A stretch of 64,000 bases of DNA from Octopus sinensis (Eukaryota). Positions 59,906 to 64,000 of the stretch are shown here, in pieces. How positions within the stretch are numbered: the stretch's first letter is position 1; every line of letters begins with the position of its first letter. The stretch covers positions 30,752,001 through 30,816,000 of the forward strand of contig NC_043014.1 of NCBI RefSeq assembly GCF_006345805.1, read 5' to 3'. Under the pieces are notes generated by a model. It had not been told where the DNA came from and did no database searches. It saw nothing but the letters and a program-made list of their open reading frames with translations. A program made the translations under genes and the position numbers.

Positions 59906-62900
59906 TATATATATATGTAACAGGTTCCATACAGTTTCTGTCTACAAGATTCATTCATAGAGCCAAATAACCTATCAGCGTCTACCTGGTTAGGGAAAGT
60001 GCAGGCAGTAAAATTAACAACTAAAGTACATGCACTGACCAGCTAATGAGAGAGCTTCTGCATGGTTTATCAAATTGCTAGAACAAACAATCAAATTACA
60101 CTCTGTTTTATTGAAAAAAAAAAAATAGTGGTCAGAATTTCTGGCTTTCATCCGAACAGCTTGAATTCAATTTCAGGCATGGTTGTGTGGTAAGAAGTTA
60201 GTTTCCCAACCACATAGTTCCAGTTTCAGTCCCACTGCATGGCACCTTGGGCAAGTGTCTTTGCTTATAACCTCAGACCAACTAAAGCCTTGTGAGTAGA
60301 TTTGGTAGGGAAAATTGAAAGAAGCCTGTCTTATATATATATACATGAGCACTCAGCACAATCTGTAAAGTGGTTAGTGTCAGGAAGGGCATCCAGCTGT
60401 AGAAACCAGCCAAATTGAACTGGAACCTGGTGCAGCACTGGTCAAATCATCCAACCCATGGCAGTACGGAAAACAGACGTTAAAGGATGATGATGATGAT
60501 GTGTCTATGTGTGTTTTCCACCTCCACTGCTTGATAACCAGTGTTGGTTTGTTTACATCCCTGTAACTTAGCAGTTTGGCAAAAAACACTAACAGGATAA
60601 GTACCAGATTAAAAAAAAAATACACTAATAAAACCCTTGAAGGTAGTACCCCAGCATGGCCACAGTCCATTAACTGAACTAAGTAAAAGGTACAAAAATT
60701 TTGCATATATTTAATCCTAGATATACTACCTTTTTTATTTTTTACTTGTTTCAGTCATCAGACTGCAGCCATGCTGGGGCACCGCCTTGAAAAATTTTTA
60801 GTCAAATGAAGTGACCCCTTATTTTTTTGTCAAGCCTGGTACTTATTTTGTCAGAGTCTTTTGTTGAACTGCTAAGTTACAGGGATGTAAACACACTTGT
60901 CGTTAAGCAGTGGTCGGGGACAAACACACATATACACAGCCGGCTTCTTTCTGTTTCCATCTACCAAATTGACTCACAAGCCTTGGTTGACTTGAACAGT
61001 TGTCCAAGATGCCACGAAGTGGGACTGAACCCAAAACGATGTTGTTTGGATGCAAGCTTCATATCACACAGTCACACCTGCGCCTATATCAGCAAAAAAA
61101 TTTTTTAATGATAGGATATTTACATCTGGGTAAAACAACAGACACATGTTACAATGAAAATGGCTGGTTGTTCAGTTACTATTAGCCCTAGATTCACCTA
61201 TGCCACATTACCATTGAAAATATTTGTTAATTCCTTTCTGTTGGACCTTCCCTTAACAGTAAAAATGGGTAGTGTGTCTCAAACAGTACATTGCAATGTG
61301 TACATAGGCGTACTGTGGATTTTTTAAACATAGTTTTGGTCCCTGAAAAATCCTTATTAATGATGTTTGAGCATCTTGCGTAATTCATAAGCCCAACATA
61401 TGTGTGAGTGTGTGTGTGTTTGTGTCTGTCCTCACCACTGCTTGACAGCCAGTGTTGGTTTGTTTATGTCCTCATAACTTAGTGATTTGGTAAAAGAGAT
61501 CAATAGAAGTACCAGACTTTACAGAAATAAGTGCTGGCGTCTGTTTGTTTGACTAAACCCCTCAAGGCAGTGCACCAGAATGGCCACAGTCCACTGACTG
61601 AAATACATAAAAGATATCAGACAAACAGTATTAATAAAACAAGATAAGCAATAGTTTTCTTCCTTTTTTTTTTGGTTTTCTCTAAATTTCTTACTTTAAA
61701 AGTTTTAAAAACTTTCCATGCAAGGACGTCACTAATGTTTTATTCAGATAACTGTGTCAATATAAAACAGGTTGACTATTTGGGCCCTGATATGGCTGGT
61801 TTAAACATCAAAAGGTTAATATGCCATGAACTACAAAACAAAAAAGATTGAGAATAAACCAATTTAGGATTTCATTGGGTAAAAAACAGATTAAAAAAAA
61901 ATATTTTACACCAGAATGTGAAGATGTGGTAAGTCTCAATTAGGCAAACATTGGTTATTAGATAATGATAATCAATTTCAGGGAGTAGGTTACTCACAAA
62001 TGCAACCATACGAAAATAATGAAATCTCTCTTACTTATTCCAGCATCATTTTTATTGATCAAGGTGAGTTGAAAGGTTAAGTTGACCTCCGCTTGAGTTA
62101 AATATAGAAAGTAAGCTATCAGACAGTTCTACAATTACAGTTCTAGACCAGTTCTGTTTCTATCACTGGTCTATTGTTCTTCTGCATTGTCCTGGATGTT
62201 TTTGACAAACATCACTGTTCAGCAAACTGGTCTGCATTGACTATGTTATTGCTAAAGTTAGGTCTTAAAAATTGTGTAGTCTTAGTAATTTACACAGAAA
62301 GGAGTTGACTTATGTACATAGAAGCTACTTCTCTGATTGGACTGCAACTCAAAAAAGTATGTGGGAAGAATGAGTTCAAATCATAAAATCCAGATGGCTT
62401 ATCTCGATCTTAATGTAAATGTATTAGAGGAAGACAGACAAAAAGCAATCAGTCACAGAAAGCTTTGATGTGTATGAAGAACATTGTCATGGCAACATGG
62501 TGTTACAATATCTTAGTTAATTTACAAAACAGAAAATGAGATAAGAATCAGTTGCAAAGAAGGAATTTTATGCATTATCCTGTATCAAGTATAAAGTCTG
62601 TCAGATAGAAAAAACTGAATATATATTTGAGGAAAGAAAGAAGCTATACTTAATGTTAAAGAGTTTTGCAAAGTTGAAAGTATAATCATATACTAAACTT
62701 GCTAAAGTGATAGCAACTGATGAAATAAATATACATAACTGTATATTTGTAGGTGTATATACATATATATAGAGAGAGGTTTATATTGGAAACTGTTATT
62801 CTCATGAGACATGAACATTTACAAAAAGAAGGTGTTAGAGTGTTATATTTCAAGTAACTGGAAACCAGTAAGTCCAGCCTGAACTGTTAGATGTGAGACA

Positions 62901-63138
62901 AAAATGCTGAGTAAACTGCTAAATTGAAGGAAACCAAAGGTAGTAATGTGGGACTATAGCAATGAATCACTTGTTGAATTGCAGCACAAACACCAAATAA
63001 GATTATCCCTTTCTGTTTCATTACATAATTACAATAATTATTTTACTTAAGCAGTTAATAAATGCAGGAAAATTTTCTCAACTTTCAGGGTTGTGGTTGT
63101 ACAGTAAGAAATTCGCTTCCCAGCCACATGGTTCTCTA

Positions 63139-63176
<38 letters not shown>

Positions 63177-63177
63177 C

Positions 63178-63535
63178 ATGGTGGCACTCCATCGGTTACA
63201 ATGATGAGGGTTCAAGTTCAATGGAACAGCCTGCTCGTGAAATTAACATACAAGTGGCTGAGCACTCCACAGACATGTGTACCCTTAATGTAGTTCTCGG
63301 GGAGATTCAGCGTGACAAGGCTGGCCCTTTGAAATACAGGTACAGCAGAAAGAGAAAGAAAGAGTGAGAGAAAGTTGTCGTGAAAGAGTACAGCAGGGTT
63401 GCCCCCCCCCACTGCCGGAGCCTCGTGGAGCTTTAGGTGTTTTTGCTCAATAGACACAACACCTGGTCTAGGAATCGAAACTGCAATCCTACAACCACAA
63501 GTCCGCTGCCCTAACCACTGGGCCATTGCGCCTCC
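63178..63535 (-). mobile_element. tRNA-derived SINE, family 3
   Basis: Head GGAGGCGCAATGGCCCAGTGGTTAGGGCAGCGGAC, with A box TGGCCCAGTGG (63515-63525) and B box GTTTCGATTCC (63471-63481). It is followed by GTTGTGTCTATTGAGCAAAAACAC and about 270 nt of non-tRNA body. Confidence 0.8.
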
Positions 63536-63551
63536 ATTGTTTATATATATA

Positions 63552-63928
63552 CACTTGCGTCAGAAATTAATTAGCACTTCTCAAATTTCTACATTAAATA
63601 GGTTAAATCAATTAACCTATGAGCTGTTCAAAACGTCTTACGCAATGAGAAAACTTAGTATGGTCTGATTTCGGTCCTTGCGAGGCGCTACCTATATCTA
63701 TTAAACAAAGGAAGATTTGTCTGCATCCGCACTCCAATTTGTTGCACTGCTATGTCAACATCATAAGGCTGTAGACTCTCAAACTGCTCTGCAAACAAAG
63801 TTACATCATCGTTCTGCGCAACAGTGAACTCGAAACAAAGCAATAGTTCGAGATATGGCCACTAGGTGACAGCACATACCTTGAGTGAAGAGCAAATCAA
63901 GGGTGCTAATTAATTTCTGACAGTAGTG
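63552..63928. mobile_element. Tc1-type MITE (377 bp)
   Basis: TA|CACTTGCGTCAGAAATTAATTAGCAC ... GTGCTAATTAATTTCTGACAGTAGTG|TA: about 26-bp TIRs and a TA TSD within (TA)n tracts. Confidence 0.88.
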
Positions 63929-64000
63929 TATATATATATATAAACACACCCACACCAACATCAGTTGTCAAGCAGTAGTGGGGACAAATACATACATACA

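Noticed and set aside
63460-63535. Possible tRNA gene
   Set aside because: A and B boxes are present, but I could not build an acceptor stem and the sequence continues into a SINE body; it is a SINE head.

Overview
AT-rich, repeat-dense animal DNA. The SINE, RTE-LINE and MITE families and the (TA)n/(CA)n/(ATG)n microsatellites point to a cephalopod, most likely Octopus (inferred from recalled repeat families, not searched). The one gene I can identify is the 3' part of nicastrin (NCSTN, a gamma-secretase subunit) on the + strand. It has five phase-consistent coding exons (1472-1661, 2946-3033, 9423-9568, 20776-20878, 24277-24380), followed by two paralogous candidate last exons (37505-37627 and 40984-41094). 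Each of these encodes a complete transmembrane helix with its own cytosolic tail and stop codon; this apparent exon-duplication switch is the main finding. The rest is intron or intergenic DNA filled with decayed mariner, DD37D/maT, RTE, CR1-type and Penelope-like elements, MITEs (TA, TTAA and 8-bp TSD types), tRNA-derived SINEs, minisatellites expanded inside RTE 3' tails, and several long intronic inverted repeats. Beyond 43.6 kb there are plausible but unidentified exon candidates on both strands. Almost all ORFs in the supplied track are spurious. Coordinates were counted by hand; repeat boundaries are approximate unless a TSD is given.
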